A program made the translations under genes and the position numbers. A stretch of DNA of 64,000 nucleotides from a virus: positions 3,432 through 67,431 of the IMG/VR virus record IMGVR_UViG_3300048029_000266. One strand, given 5' to 3'. The notes beneath the pieces were generated by a model. The model did not search any database. It worked only from the letters and a program-made list of their open reading frames with translations, and was not told the origin of the DNA. Position 1 is the stretch's first letter, and every line of letters begins with the position of its first letter. Positions 10,820-21,225 of this stretch are shown here, piece after piece.

Positions 10820-13068
10820 TATTGTCCCTGATTGTTATTATTAGTAACTATATTTGGCGTAGAAAGATCTGTATGTCCAGTAGTCATTCCTTGTAGTAAT
10901 GAAGATTTATACATATTTACTAAAGGAGCCAATCTACGAGCTTCAGCTCTTTCTTGTAAAGATTGAAATACTTTACCTGCAAAATCTGATGCGCCTTTCT
11001 TTTTTTGTAACTCTAACTGTAATTCTTCAGCTCTTTCAGCTTTGCTTTTGTTTAAATTGTATTCTTCAGAAAAAGACAATGCTTTTGTATACTTGTCCAT
11101 ATTAGCTCTATTAAGCTCAGCATCTTTAGCGGCAAAGTCTAATAAAGCAGACTGTCTTTGGCTGTCTAAAACTCCAGACATAGCTAAAAACTTAGCTCTA
11201 TCTCCAGCGGTACCTCTTACTGCGTTTTCAATTCCTTTGCCATATGCAGCATCTATTTCTGCTCTAGCTCTTTGTTTTTCATCAGGACTAAAACCCATCT
11301 TAGAAAGCTCTCTAACTTGATTTAAATGCTGTTTAAACATATCAGAAAGGCCTTCGTATTCTACAGGCTTAATCTCTTTCATTGCTTCTGCATATGCTTT
11401 TTTACCAAGAGCTGACATAACCAAATCATCTTGATTATTTATGTTTTGTCTTATATTGTTTACAATGCCTAATCCCTGTTGCAATACATTTCCTATATCT
11501 CCTAAATTGTCCATAAATGTAGGAGGAGTGTCTTTATTTGTATTGTCGGTATTTATTACATTTTCCTGCTCTTCAACTACAGGTTCTTCAGTTACAGGTT
11601 CTTCATCTACATCCTGTATTGTAGCCTGAACTATATCTCCTTCATCATTTTCCCACGTTGCAACACCTTGATTGATAGTTGCGTCATCTGGTATATCACT
11701 TGTGTTTAAAACGCCTAAATCTATAGTTTCTTGTACATTTTCTTCTTCTTCACCTATTTCTTCAACCTCTTCTAAGGCATCATCAATCAAGTCTTCTTCG
11801 CTTGGTGTAGGATTGTCATCATCAGCAGATATAATATTATTAACTATTTCTAGTCTTCTGTCTTCGTATTCTTCATCTGTAGGTCTTGTAAGATTATATT
11901 CTTGTTCAATCTCACTCATTCTCTCTTCATTATTTCTAATCTCTGTAGCGAATACATTAGGCATGTCTGCGGGTTTATAAGCAGCTCTTAATGTTTTATT
12001 TCTTTTTATAAGCTTTTGATATTCTTTAGCGTCCTCACCTCTTTTAATTATTGCAGGTCTTTCAGCTTCATCTTCTTCTTGTCTTTGTCTTTCTTCTTCT
12101 TCTCTAAGTGCAGCTTCACCTTCTTCATCTGTAGGTTGATCAACAATGTTTCCATCAGCATCTAATACTTGTGGTTGTGGCGGATCAGATGGTTCTATTG
12201 TTCTTCCTTGATTAACATATGTTGTATAATTCATTTCATCAACATCTTCAACCTCTTCATAATTTGGCGTAGGTTCAGGCTCTCCTTCTGGTACAGGCAC
12301 TCTAACAACAACCATTCTACCATCTTTTTGTCTTACCTCAAAACCATCTCCATATGCAGTTTGCGTATATCTTTCAAACTCTTCAATATTTTCGTTTGTA
12401 TTATCAGAAGCATATATCTCTTCAACAACCTCTTCTCCTTCTGCAACTGGATCTAAATTTTGAATTACTCTTCCTCCGCTTACTTCTACATCTTCTAAAA
12501 CAGTAACGTCTTCTGGATTGGTTGAAGCTCCAGAACCAGATCTTAATCCATCAGCAGCTCTTTTATTTCTGTTTGTTATTCCTGTGTAACCCTCATCACC
12601 TTCTTGTACAACTTTGCCTCCAACTTTTGCAAGCCTTCCATTATTGCCGCCATTTTCAATTAAGTCTGCTGCTTCATCAATTTTACCTTCATTAATTAAC
12701 TCAATAACACCACTTCTTTTGACATTTCCTCTACCATTTCTATAGTATAAATCAACAATAGAATTATATTGTTCTTCAGTTAAGTTTTCATTTTTTATGT
12801 CTTTATTAACTTGATCAATATATTCTTGAGTAACCAATTGCGCAATTTCATCTGCCTCTTCCCTTGTCATTTTTTTGCCAGTTGGCGTTCCATCTGCTTT
12901 CCAGTATTCTTTCCAATTTGGTATTCCATTTTTACCTGTCAATGAATATTTAGTATAACCATATCCTATAGTAGGCGTACCACCTTGATCAAGGTACATA
13001 TCTTCACGAAAACCTTCGTTTTTAAATATTTTATCTCTTAGTGCTGTATTAAAAGTAGCTGCTGCCAT
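10819..13068 (-). CDS. Virion cargo protein with N-terminal GH24 (T4/phage-type) lysozyme domain, acidic linker and helical C-terminus (749 aa)
   Basis: NEGFREDMYLDQGGTPTIGYG gives the E-x8-D-x5-T catalytic triad; later IVDLYYRNG and GITNRNKR match the GH24 C-terminal pattern. Confidence 0.8.
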   Translation of the reverse strand: MAAATFNTALRDKIFKNEGFREDMYLDQGGTPTIGYGYTKYSLTGKNGIPNWKEYWKADGTPTGKKMTREEADEIAQLVTQEYIDQVNKDIKNENLTEEQYNSIVDLYYRNGRGNVKRSGVIELINEGKIDEAADLIENGGNNGRLAKVGGKVVQEGDEGYTGITNRNKRAADGLRSGSGASTNPEDVTVLEDVEVSGGRVIQNLDPVAEGEEVVEEIYASDNTNENIEEFERYTQTAYGDGFEVRQKDGRMVVVRVPVPEGEPEPTPNYEEVEDVDEMNYTTYVNQGRTIEPSDPPQPQVLDADGNIVDQPTDEEGEAALREEEERQRQEEDEAERPAIIKRGEDAKEYQKLIKRNKTLRAAYKPADMPNVFATEIRNNEERMSEIEQEYNLTRPTDEEYEDRRLEIVNNIISADDDNPTPSEEDLIDDALEEVEEIGEEEENVQETIDLGVLNTSDIPDDATINQGVATWENDEGDIVQATIQDVDEEPVTEEPVVEEQENVINTDNTNKDTPPTFMDNLGDIGNVLQQGLGIVNNIRQNINNQDDLVMSALGKKAYAEAMKEIKPVEYEGLSDMFKQHLNQVRELSKMGFSPDEKQRARAEIDAAYGKGIENAVRGTAGDRAKFLAMSGVLDSQRQSALLDFAAKDAELNRANMDKYTKALSFSEEYNLNKSKAERAEELQLELQKKKGASDFAGKVFQSLQERAEARRLAPLVNMYKSSLLQGMTTGHTDLSTPNIVTNNNNQGQ

Positions 13069-14060
13069 TAATCCATATTATTTTTACGCCATTTAGCGTG
13101 GTTCTTTTTTACCATAGCAACTACTTGTTCATCAGACATGTTTGGATTATATTGATCTTTAATATGATCGTATATACCAGCTCCAGACTTTGCTTTCTGT
13201 CCTGTAGGTTTGCCACTTTTATTTAATACAGTACCATTTTTTGCTACAGGTAAAGGGTTAGTTTTGTGGCTAGCTTCACCTGGTGTTATATTTTTTTCTT
13301 TTACCTGACTTCTAAATATATCTGCTGCTTTTTTATTATCGCCTTTATTCATAGCAGATCTCATTTCGCTCTCTTTGTTATTCACAAGTTCACCTCCCGT
13401 AAACTCAGCTACAGCCTCTACCTTACCACCTTTTTCTGCTTTTGGAACAAAGTCGTCTTTTATTTCAGGATATTTTTGATCAAGAAAATTGTTTGCAAAA
13501 TTTTGTGCTTGATTTAAGTTTCCAAAATCATTTTCACCTATTGGACCAGAAAACATAACATTTCTAAAAAACTCATTAGCATTACCTATGCCTTTTCTAG
13601 TGTAGTTTTTCATAGCTCCTTTAAAATCATTATTTATAACAGCATCCATAAAGGCTTCGTTCTTATGACCTGTATGCATATAATTAGCTAGTACAAATTG
13701 ATTTTTAATAGGTAGTTTTAAATAAGATCCCTTGCCTTTTTTTGACTCAACATATTTCTTAGCTGCAACTTCAGAATCTATATATTCTTTTTTTAGCTTT
13801 TGCTTTATAGTCTCTAAAGACAAAGCTGGCTGTTCGTTTTTTGCTTGTTTAGCTTTTTGTAAATCATCAAACATACCCAACGATGAATATCCGATTCTTA
13901 AATCATATTTATCGTCATCAGTTTTGATTATAAAAGGCTCAAAGCTTTTGTCTGGCCCTAAACCTTTATTTTTGGGATTCATCATTCCCATTAAAGTTTT
14001 TATATATCCTGGAGTTAGTTGATTTTTTAAAACTAACTTTACTATTTTTTCAGCGCTCAT
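13068..14060 (-). CDS. Putative cargo protein with degenerate lysozyme-like N-terminal half and AEKGG/EFTGGE C-terminal module (330 aa)
   Basis: LRIGYS, QFVLANYMH and FMDAVINNDF resemble a lysozyme fold lacking the catalytic triad; cargo-gene synteny. Confidence 0.45.
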   Translation of the reverse strand: MSAEKIVKLVLKNQLTPGYIKTLMGMMNPKNKGLGPDKSFEPFIIKTDDDKYDLRIGYSSLGMFDDLQKAKQAKNEQPALSLETIKQKLKKEYIDSEVAAKKYVESKKGKGSYLKLPIKNQFVLANYMHTGHKNEAFMDAVINNDFKGAMKNYTRKGIGNANEFFRNVMFSGPIGENDFGNLNQAQNFANNFLDQKYPEIKDDFVPKAEKGGKVEAVAEFTGGELVNNKESEMRSAMNKGDNKKAADIFRSQVKEKNITPGEASHKTNPLPVAKNGTVLNKSGKPTGQKAKSGAGIYDHIKDQYNPNMSDEQVVAMVKKNHAKWRKNNMD

Positions 14061-15583
14061 ACTTTTTCTTGAGTTTCTTGATATATATTAGATCCTTCTT
14101 GCATTTCTGGAGTTACAAAGCCAAATGATCCTGATACTAAATTTGGATCTAATCCTACTCCTTGTCTTACAGGATTACCATATGGATCTACTGTAGTTAT
14201 ATTTGGAGTTGCTAATGAAGGATCAGCTGGTGATATTTGTAATGGAGGTAAATCTGGTACCTGATAATCGCCACCACCTAATCCTGAAATCATGTCTGCT
14301 GCGCCTTCCATAATTCCTAAAGGAACTTGTGCAACAGCTCCAAATGTGTCTGCTGCCATATTAAGTCCAAAATCTAAAGTATCTGACGCTAAATCAATAC
14401 CAGTTTCAATTGCTCCAAACGTAACGTCCATTGCAGCGTCTACGACAGGTTTTACACCTTCTTCCATTACAGTTTGTACACCACTACCAGCCAAATCTAA
14501 AACATCAGTTACTCCAGTAGTCTCTAAAACATCAACAGCAGCACTACCTACTTCTGTAGCAGCACCTGCTGTTACATCTAATAAATCTTCACCAACATTG
14601 CTAATTGTATCAATTGTACCTGTTATTATATCTGCACCTGCACCAAAAAGATCTCCTACAGCATCAAACAAACCTCCTAAAAAATATTGATCAAATTTAC
14701 CGCCCTTTTCAAATCCTCTGTAATTACCCATTCCATATGGATTTCTATATTGTGAGGCATATTGCATATATTGTTCTGATTGAGATTGTCTTTCTCTCAT
14801 TTCACGATTTATACCAATACCTTCTTGATACATTTCTTTAATTTCAGCTTTTCTCTCATCAACTTTAGCTTGATATTCAGCTAACATTTTTTTTGCTTTC
14901 TTTTTCTTTTTAGCTCCGCCTAATAATGATATTCCTATACCAGCAATCATACCAACAGGCCCAGCTAAACCTAACATACCAGCAATAGCAGATCCTGCTC
15001 CAGCTCCAGATATACCAGCCCCTAACATTTCACCAGCTGAGAATGTTGTAGGATCATCATCATCAAAAGCGCTTCTTACAAGCCTACCAGCTATATATGT
15101 TGGTAAACCAGCAGAAACAGATCCTTGTGATAAGTTGCTAAAATAATTACTTGCGCCCGCCTGTACTGCTGTTGTACCAGAACCAGCTGTTGCTGCTTCA
15201 AAGGTTCCTGCTGATGCGTTAGTTGTAAAAGGATTAGCAAACTTAGCTCCAGTCCCTGTACCAAAATTTTTACCAAATAACTTAGTTCCTAATGTTTGCT
15301 CACCAATCTTCATTCCTAAAACCTGTGTACCCGCTTGAGCATAACTTAATCCTGTCATAGCTTGTTCAGCAGCTGTAGGTTTATATACAGCGTCTAATGG
15401 ATTGTAAACTTCAGGGATTAATGATTGTGCATATTCATAATTACCAATACTAGTAGGAGCCGTGGTATACGGCATCGCTAAATTTGGTGTTGTAAATTGA
15501 CTTGTATAAGCATTATTATACTCGTTAGAGTTTAATAAGTTGCCATACATGCCTTTATATTGATTTAATAGTGAATAGCTCAT
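14057..15583 (-). CDS. Putative cargo/ejection protein with Gly-rich membrane segment (508 aa)
   Basis: Hydrophobic Gly-zipper GAGISGAGAGSAIAGMLGLAGPVGMIAGIGISLLGG followed by KKKKKAKK, then amphipathic repeats; directly after the muzzle gene. Confidence 0.6.
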   Translation of the reverse strand: MSYSLLNQYKGMYGNLLNSNEYNNAYTSQFTTPNLAMPYTTAPTSIGNYEYAQSLIPEVYNPLDAVYKPTAAEQAMTGLSYAQAGTQVLGMKIGEQTLGTKLFGKNFGTGTGAKFANPFTTNASAGTFEAATAGSGTTAVQAGASNYFSNLSQGSVSAGLPTYIAGRLVRSAFDDDDPTTFSAGEMLGAGISGAGAGSAIAGMLGLAGPVGMIAGIGISLLGGAKKKKKAKKMLAEYQAKVDERKAEIKEMYQEGIGINREMRERQSQSEQYMQYASQYRNPYGMGNYRGFEKGGKFDQYFLGGLFDAVGDLFGAGADIITGTIDTISNVGEDLLDVTAGAATEVGSAAVDVLETTGVTDVLDLAGSGVQTVMEEGVKPVVDAAMDVTFGAIETGIDLASDTLDFGLNMAADTFGAVAQVPLGIMEGAADMISGLGGGDYQVPDLPPLQISPADPSLATPNITTVDPYGNPVRQGVGLDPNLVSGSFGFVTPEMQEGSNIYQETQEKV

Positions 15584-18500
15584 TAATTATAAGATTTTCT
15601 GTATTTTGCTATTATTGCAAATATATTAAATTTTTCTGTTGTTCTTGCAGAGAATCTTGCCTTTAGATATGTACCTACCGCTCTAGTAGTAATATTTTTG
15701 TTTCTTAAAGGCATTCTCAATATACCTTCTCTGTATTTATGCAATACATCTGAAAACTGTGTAGCAGATGGATATATAGGTTTATTAGTAGTTGATATAT
15801 CTATTTTTGATCCTTTTGTAAAATCAGTTATAAATTCTAAAGATTCAAAATAAACTCCAGCATCTTCAGACTCTACACCTCTTGACTTACTAAGTAAATT
15901 TTCAGAATTTTTATAATCGTCATCAAAGCTGCCAACTGATGTTATAATATTTAATGTATCAAACTTTTTATTTTCAGATGGAGCTTCATTTATAATTTTT
16001 TCTATATATGATTTATGAACAGGTGTTGGCTGTCCTGTTGTAACAGTTCCATCGGTGGCAGGATAAGATATATTGTGCTCTGTAGATGTAAATGTATTTA
16101 CCTCATGTTGCATTATATCATCAAAAAATTCAGTTCTATTTGATGACTTATCATTCCATCTCCAAAGTTGCAAAGCTCCATCAGCTAACTCGTGCGCACC
16201 TAACATGTATCCTGAATGATTTATATCCATATTATCACCATAAACACCGTGTATTTTTTCTCCATATTGTGTGTCACTATTTGCAAATCCATCACTTGCA
16301 GAGCTTGTTGCATACTCTAACCAAGGTAGTCTTGATTTAGGAGTTAGTAAATAATTTTGATGTTGTATCCATTGCTGTGGATATAGACTATATTTAGATA
16401 TAATAGCATCTATATCTTCATTGTATGATATAGTTGTGCTGTTTATAAATCTACTAGGATCTTGCGTTGTTTCAGACTGTGTGTATGGATCTATAAACCC
16501 ATTAGATGTTATAAAATTACCTGTAGGATTTTCTGATGTGTCATTACTATCTACTCTTAACCTGTCGTTAAATGTCATGTACAAAGTATTAGTAGAATAA
16601 TCAAATGCACCATGTATGCCCATAAAATATAAAGGCATATCATTTAAATTAACTCGCTCAGCTCCTGGATACTTATCTTCTATTTTTAATCTACCATAAG
16701 CTGTTGCTTTTTCAAATATATTTCTGCTACCTAAATCATCAGATATACTAATTAATTTTTTTTCTGAGGTATATTTAAGTAGTTTGTCATAAGTAGCATC
16801 ATAAAAATATAGATTTCTTTCGCTTGATACAACGCTATGCATGTGTTTGCTTCCATACTTTACTGATATGTATTGATGTGACTCAATAGTGTCTCCTGAA
16901 CCAGTAAATATAGATTGAACTCCAGAGGTGTCTTGTAAAAATGTTCTTGGGTTAACAAGCAATTGTCCAAAAGCATTTTCTTGAATGTAATGTATTTCAT
17001 TATTGAAATTAATTATTCTATTTATTTGTCCATAAATAGCTTCTACATCATAAAAGTTAAATATAGGAAATGTTCTAAAGGCATCTACTTGTTCACCAGC
17101 TAATTTTGTTTTTGAATATGCTATTTCTACTGGTAAGTCTGTATATTTTTGATCTGTATCTTTTAGAGCTAAGTAGCTTTTTAAATTATTTTGTTGTGAA
17201 TAAACCTCATTATAAAACCAGTCATTACTAAACGGAGGAAGCGTTTGATCAAATCCTTCTACATGATCGCCAGCTCCTAAGTGATAGCCGCTTCTCATTT
17301 CTGTATTTACAGCAGACTCACAAGGAAATACTAAAAACTTTGAATAACTTTTTTCAGAATATGGAGATGTAGTTATTTGATGAGAGTATAGACCAACAAA
17401 AGTATCTCCACCTAAAACAACAGTATGATGTGCTCTTGTTAACGCAATATTATCTCTTTCTAATTTAGTAATTGGATGAAAATTACCAGCTATAATCCAT
17501 CTTGTATTTTCAATAGACTCTAAACTATCACCACCATACTGACCATCATTTTTTCTCCATATATTAATATAATTATAATATGGTTGAGGAGTAAAACCAT
17601 GTATTGTTTTAGTTCCATTAATATCTATAAAAGGTTTTGTTCCTTTAGAAAAAACATATTGTTGCGTTTGTATATGTAAAGCAGGATCTAATACAGAGGT
17701 AAAATCACTTTTTGTATTTAATATGATAGACCTTGTGCCCATCTGTACTGTAGATACAGTTTCATATGTTAAATCAATTGTGTCATTTAGTTTTCCATAT
17801 CTCCAAAAATTACCATAATTATTTGGAGTATGTAAGTATGCCGCTCCTAAACTAAAATTAGAAAAGCCCATATTTTCTATATGCCAATAATTAGTAGAAC
17901 TTTTATAGAAAAAATCTTTAGAAACTAACTCTCCATCTCCTATTTCTTTAGCGTTATAAAGATCCAAATTATAAATACTGTCTTCTAAATACCTTCTTCC
18001 AGTTGGAGTAAATTGATTATCAGAATATTGATACTTTGGATTATCTGAGGTAGAGTAGGTTGCTCCTGATGTAGGATAAGTACTCATATCAGTTTCATTG
18101 TAATTAAAAGCGTTTTTGTAAACGTCTCTTGAATTTATTACATATGCTGCTTTATTCGATGGTAGTTCAGCCTTATAATAACCATACCAGTCCTTATATT
18201 TATTAAAATATGTGTCATAAACAGCTAGCTTACCTATCATTACACCAGACTCATCATCAAGCGTTGTTTTTTTAGTTGAAAATATTAATCCCGTATTTTG
18301 GTCTGTATCACCAATTGTTAACGAAGATAAATCTGAGCCATATTGCGATGAAAAGGTATCTTGTTCTGATGCACTATACGCAACACTATATGTATCAAAA
18401 CCAACATTTATTTTACCACTTAAACCATCACCAGTTACATCTTTTTGTAAAGTAGTATTATTTCTTCTTTCTTCTGAGTATAATCTTAATAAACTAACAT

Positions 18501-21225
18501 GATGTATCTTATCTTCATTTTGAAATGAATATGGCCTAAGACCAAATGTGCTGTCAGGAGAATATAACAAAGCTGCTTTACCTTCAGTATGCACATAATA
18601 TCTATCTCCAGAAGCTTGATTAGGGTTGTTAAAAAACGCATGATTATAACTACCAAATTCTGCTGACTGTGATCCGTATTTTGTTGTAGTGCTACTTGCA
18701 GCTTCTGATTCATTCATGTAAATAGGATCACCATTATTGTATTGACCAATAACCCTTCTAGATCCAGCATTAACTCCGCAATATCCATTTAAATATGTAT
18801 CGTATATTTCATCTACATTATCACCTGAAATATTCGATGTGTCACCTGCTGTTACAGGAACAGCTTCTATACCGCCATCTTGCGTGTCTGTACAATATCC
18901 ATTTTCTAAAGTGTTACCACCATATTTAAGTATTTGATTTACAACACCTGATTGTATTATAGTTCTATCTGACTCTGTTCTTTCAGCTCTAACAACTCTA
19001 AATCCAGATATTTTTTTTCTAACGTGATATGGAACTTTAAACGTAAAATCTATAGCTAAATCTAAAGTGTAATGTCTATTTGATTCAGCGTCTGGAGTAA
19101 AAGGTATTTCTTGTCCTGTTTCATTTGCAGATGACGTATCAGTTCCTAAAATACAACTTGTGTCGTCATAGTGTAATTGATGTCCAGGCACAGGAACATC
19201 AGTATGACTTGACATTCTGTAATCTTGAGCTAAATCATTCTCTTTCCATTTAGTTTTAGAATTAGAGGCATCTCTACCTAACTCTGTATTTTCTAAATCT
19301 AGCTCCCAAGCTTTGTCATAATGATTTGGTATTTGTATGTCTCCAATCCACAAAACATTTCCTGGATCACCATTTAAATCGTAAACCAAAACACCAAATC
19401 TATATGTTTCTCCTCTTTGGTATCCTCTTTTATTACCACTTGCATGTGCATCTTTATTTGAACCAAAACTCATGCTAGCTTTGTATTCAGTATCTATATA
19501 ATTTGTATCTCCTGATGATCCGTAAAGATTATCTGTTTGTAAATTATCGTTTGATACATTTGCGCTTATAAAAGTAGAAGCACTATCATTTATACCCCCA
19601 TTATTTCCTATAGTATCAGATACTTTTGGTATTTGCCTAAATGAAAATTGTACACCTCCTAATGCATTTACTCCTGACGCTCCATCAACACTACCATAAT
19701 ATCCAAAGCTAGCTCCACCTAAAATTCTTCTATCAGATGCTGTTGGTGTATTTATAGTATCAAAAACATTGTTGCCCCAAGTGCATGATCCCATAGTTGG
19801 TAAATATCTATGAGCAAGTTCATGTTGACCCCCTGATAAAGGCGTTTTGTAATACGATGTAGCACTACCAGCTTCTACGACATTTAACTCATTATAAATG
19901 CCTGAGACAGGATTATAATATGGTAAAAAATAATCTTTAATATTGTTATCTGTAGTAGTTAAAGATCCTGAAACAACTCCAGTACCAACCTCATCTAATT
20001 TATACCTTAAAACTTTTACATTCCATTCTTTTTCGGTAATATAATTTTTCTTTTGCCTTAAATTAGCAGCAAATAAAACATTATCTTTAATTGCAATATC
20101 TTTACAAACATCCCAAGTATTTGTTGGTATTAATATATTTTCTATACCGTTTTCAATAACTCTAGTTAATGATGTGTGTTGAAACTCTACAGATCCATTT
20201 GGGTTTATATCTTTAGTTATAACTTCCGCTACCTGTGGAGGCGTATTTAACCTTTCATAGTATAAAGCATATATTTTTACTGAATCAAATCTTGCATCTA
20301 AATTATTTATAGTTAAAGTAAAACCATCATTTGATAAAACTCCTGGATCACCACCATAGTAACTTTTATAATTATTACTTGACGCATTTGATATGTGATA
20401 TATATTACTTAAAGGAGATATGCCAGACTCTGCACCAGCGTCAGATATATATTTGTAACAATATTGATAAACTCCTACGGGTAAAGATCCGCTTATAGTT
20501 TTATTTAAAGATATTTGATTATGTTCACACTTTGGATTTACATCTAACTCTCCTGGATCCATAGTATGCATATCTTCATCATAAAGACTTAGTGTTCTTA
20601 ATGGATTTTTATTATCAGTCCAGTAAACTCTAGATATGGAATCATTTTCGATTACACCTTCTACCCTACACTTAATTAAAGGATCCATGTTAAGATTTGG
20701 GTATTGGTTAACACCTGATACAGGATTATACGCAGCTCTTAAATCTATACATTTTTTTATTTCACCTTCAGAATCAAAATCTAACAAAAAGAAAGCAGTT
20801 CTAAAATCTCCTTGTTCTTGAGATCCATTTGTATTGTTATAAAATATATACCCACAAACAATAATAAATAGTTGATTTCTAAAAGAATAATGTCCAACAA
20901 TGTTGGCAGCTCCACTCATACTTTCTTTACCAGCAGATGTACTAACGTAAGGCTCTAATCCTGTATTTGCAAAATAATTTAAAGGAACAGAAGATGTTTG
21001 CGTTCCATCACCTAAATATGAAGCAGGAAATGTTTTGTCAATTTCATGTAAATCAACTACCTTCTTATTACCATTAATATTTTCTATAGTAAACGTTGAA
21101 CCTTCAGAGCTTACTAATTTAATATTCATAGCATCTCTATAAGATCCTTCTATTTGGTATCTTGGATCTACATCAGATATAAGTCCTTTGCTAAATCCTT
21201 TAGGTGTGCTTTTTTCTCCAGACAT
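15583..21225 (-). CDS. Muzzle / tail stabilisation protein (crAss-like), 1880 aa
   Basis: N-terminal GFSKGLISDVDP...YRDAMNI, RVYWTDNKNPLR, GYQRGETYRFGV and C-terminal YREGILRMPL...GTYLKARF resemble crAss-like muzzle proteins; synteny. Confidence 0.8.
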   Translation of the reverse strand: MSGEKSTPKGFSKGLISDVDPRYQIEGSYRDAMNIKLVSSEGSTFTIENINGNKKVVDLHEIDKTFPASYLGDGTQTSSVPLNYFANTGLEPYVSTSAGKESMSGAANIVGHYSFRNQLFIIVCGYIFYNNTNGSQEQGDFRTAFFLLDFDSEGEIKKCIDLRAAYNPVSGVNQYPNLNMDPLIKCRVEGVIENDSISRVYWTDNKNPLRTLSLYDEDMHTMDPGELDVNPKCEHNQISLNKTISGSLPVGVYQYCYKYISDAGAESGISPLSNIYHISNASSNNYKSYYGGDPGVLSNDGFTLTINNLDARFDSVKIYALYYERLNTPPQVAEVITKDINPNGSVEFQHTSLTRVIENGIENILIPTNTWDVCKDIAIKDNVLFAANLRQKKNYITEKEWNVKVLRYKLDEVGTGVVSGSLTTTDNNIKDYFLPYYNPVSGIYNELNVVEAGSATSYYKTPLSGGQHELAHRYLPTMGSCTWGNNVFDTINTPTASDRRILGGASFGYYGSVDGASGVNALGGVQFSFRQIPKVSDTIGNNGGINDSASTFISANVSNDNLQTDNLYGSSGDTNYIDTEYKASMSFGSNKDAHASGNKRGYQRGETYRFGVLVYDLNGDPGNVLWIGDIQIPNHYDKAWELDLENTELGRDASNSKTKWKENDLAQDYRMSSHTDVPVPGHQLHYDDTSCILGTDTSSANETGQEIPFTPDAESNRHYTLDLAIDFTFKVPYHVRKKISGFRVVRAERTESDRTIIQSGVVNQILKYGGNTLENGYCTDTQDGGIEAVPVTAGDTSNISGDNVDEIYDTYLNGYCGVNAGSRRVIGQYNNGDPIYMNESEAASSTTTKYGSQSAEFGSYNHAFFNNPNQASGDRYYVHTEGKAALLYSPDSTFGLRPYSFQNEDKIHHVSLLRLYSEERRNNTTLQKDVTGDGLSGKINVGFDTYSVAYSASEQDTFSSQYGSDLSSLTIGDTDQNTGLIFSTKKTTLDDESGVMIGKLAVYDTYFNKYKDWYGYYKAELPSNKAAYVINSRDVYKNAFNYNETDMSTYPTSGATYSTSDNPKYQYSDNQFTPTGRRYLEDSIYNLDLYNAKEIGDGELVSKDFFYKSSTNYWHIENMGFSNFSLGAAYLHTPNNYGNFWRYGKLNDTIDLTYETVSTVQMGTRSIILNTKSDFTSVLDPALHIQTQQYVFSKGTKPFIDINGTKTIHGFTPQPYYNYINIWRKNDGQYGGDSLESIENTRWIIAGNFHPITKLERDNIALTRAHHTVVLGGDTFVGLYSHQITTSPYSEKSYSKFLVFPCESAVNTEMRSGYHLGAGDHVEGFDQTLPPFSNDWFYNEVYSQQNNLKSYLALKDTDQKYTDLPVEIAYSKTKLAGEQVDAFRTFPIFNFYDVEAIYGQINRIINFNNEIHYIQENAFGQLLVNPRTFLQDTSGVQSIFTGSGDTIESHQYISVKYGSKHMHSVVSSERNLYFYDATYDKLLKYTSEKKLISISDDLGSRNIFEKATAYGRLKIEDKYPGAERVNLNDMPLYFMGIHGAFDYSTNTLYMTFNDRLRVDSNDTSENPTGNFITSNGFIDPYTQSETTQDPSRFINSTTISYNEDIDAIISKYSLYPQQWIQHQNYLLTPKSRLPWLEYATSSASDGFANSDTQYGEKIHGVYGDNMDINHSGYMLGAHELADGALQLWRWNDKSSNRTEFFDDIMQHEVNTFTSTEHNISYPATDGTVTTGQPTPVHKSYIEKIINEAPSENKKFDTLNIITSVGSFDDDYKNSENLLSKSRGVESEDAGVYFESLEFITDFTKGSKIDISTTNKPIYPSATQFSDVLHKYREGILRMPLRNKNITTRAVGTYLKARFSARTTEKFNIFAIIAKYRKSYN

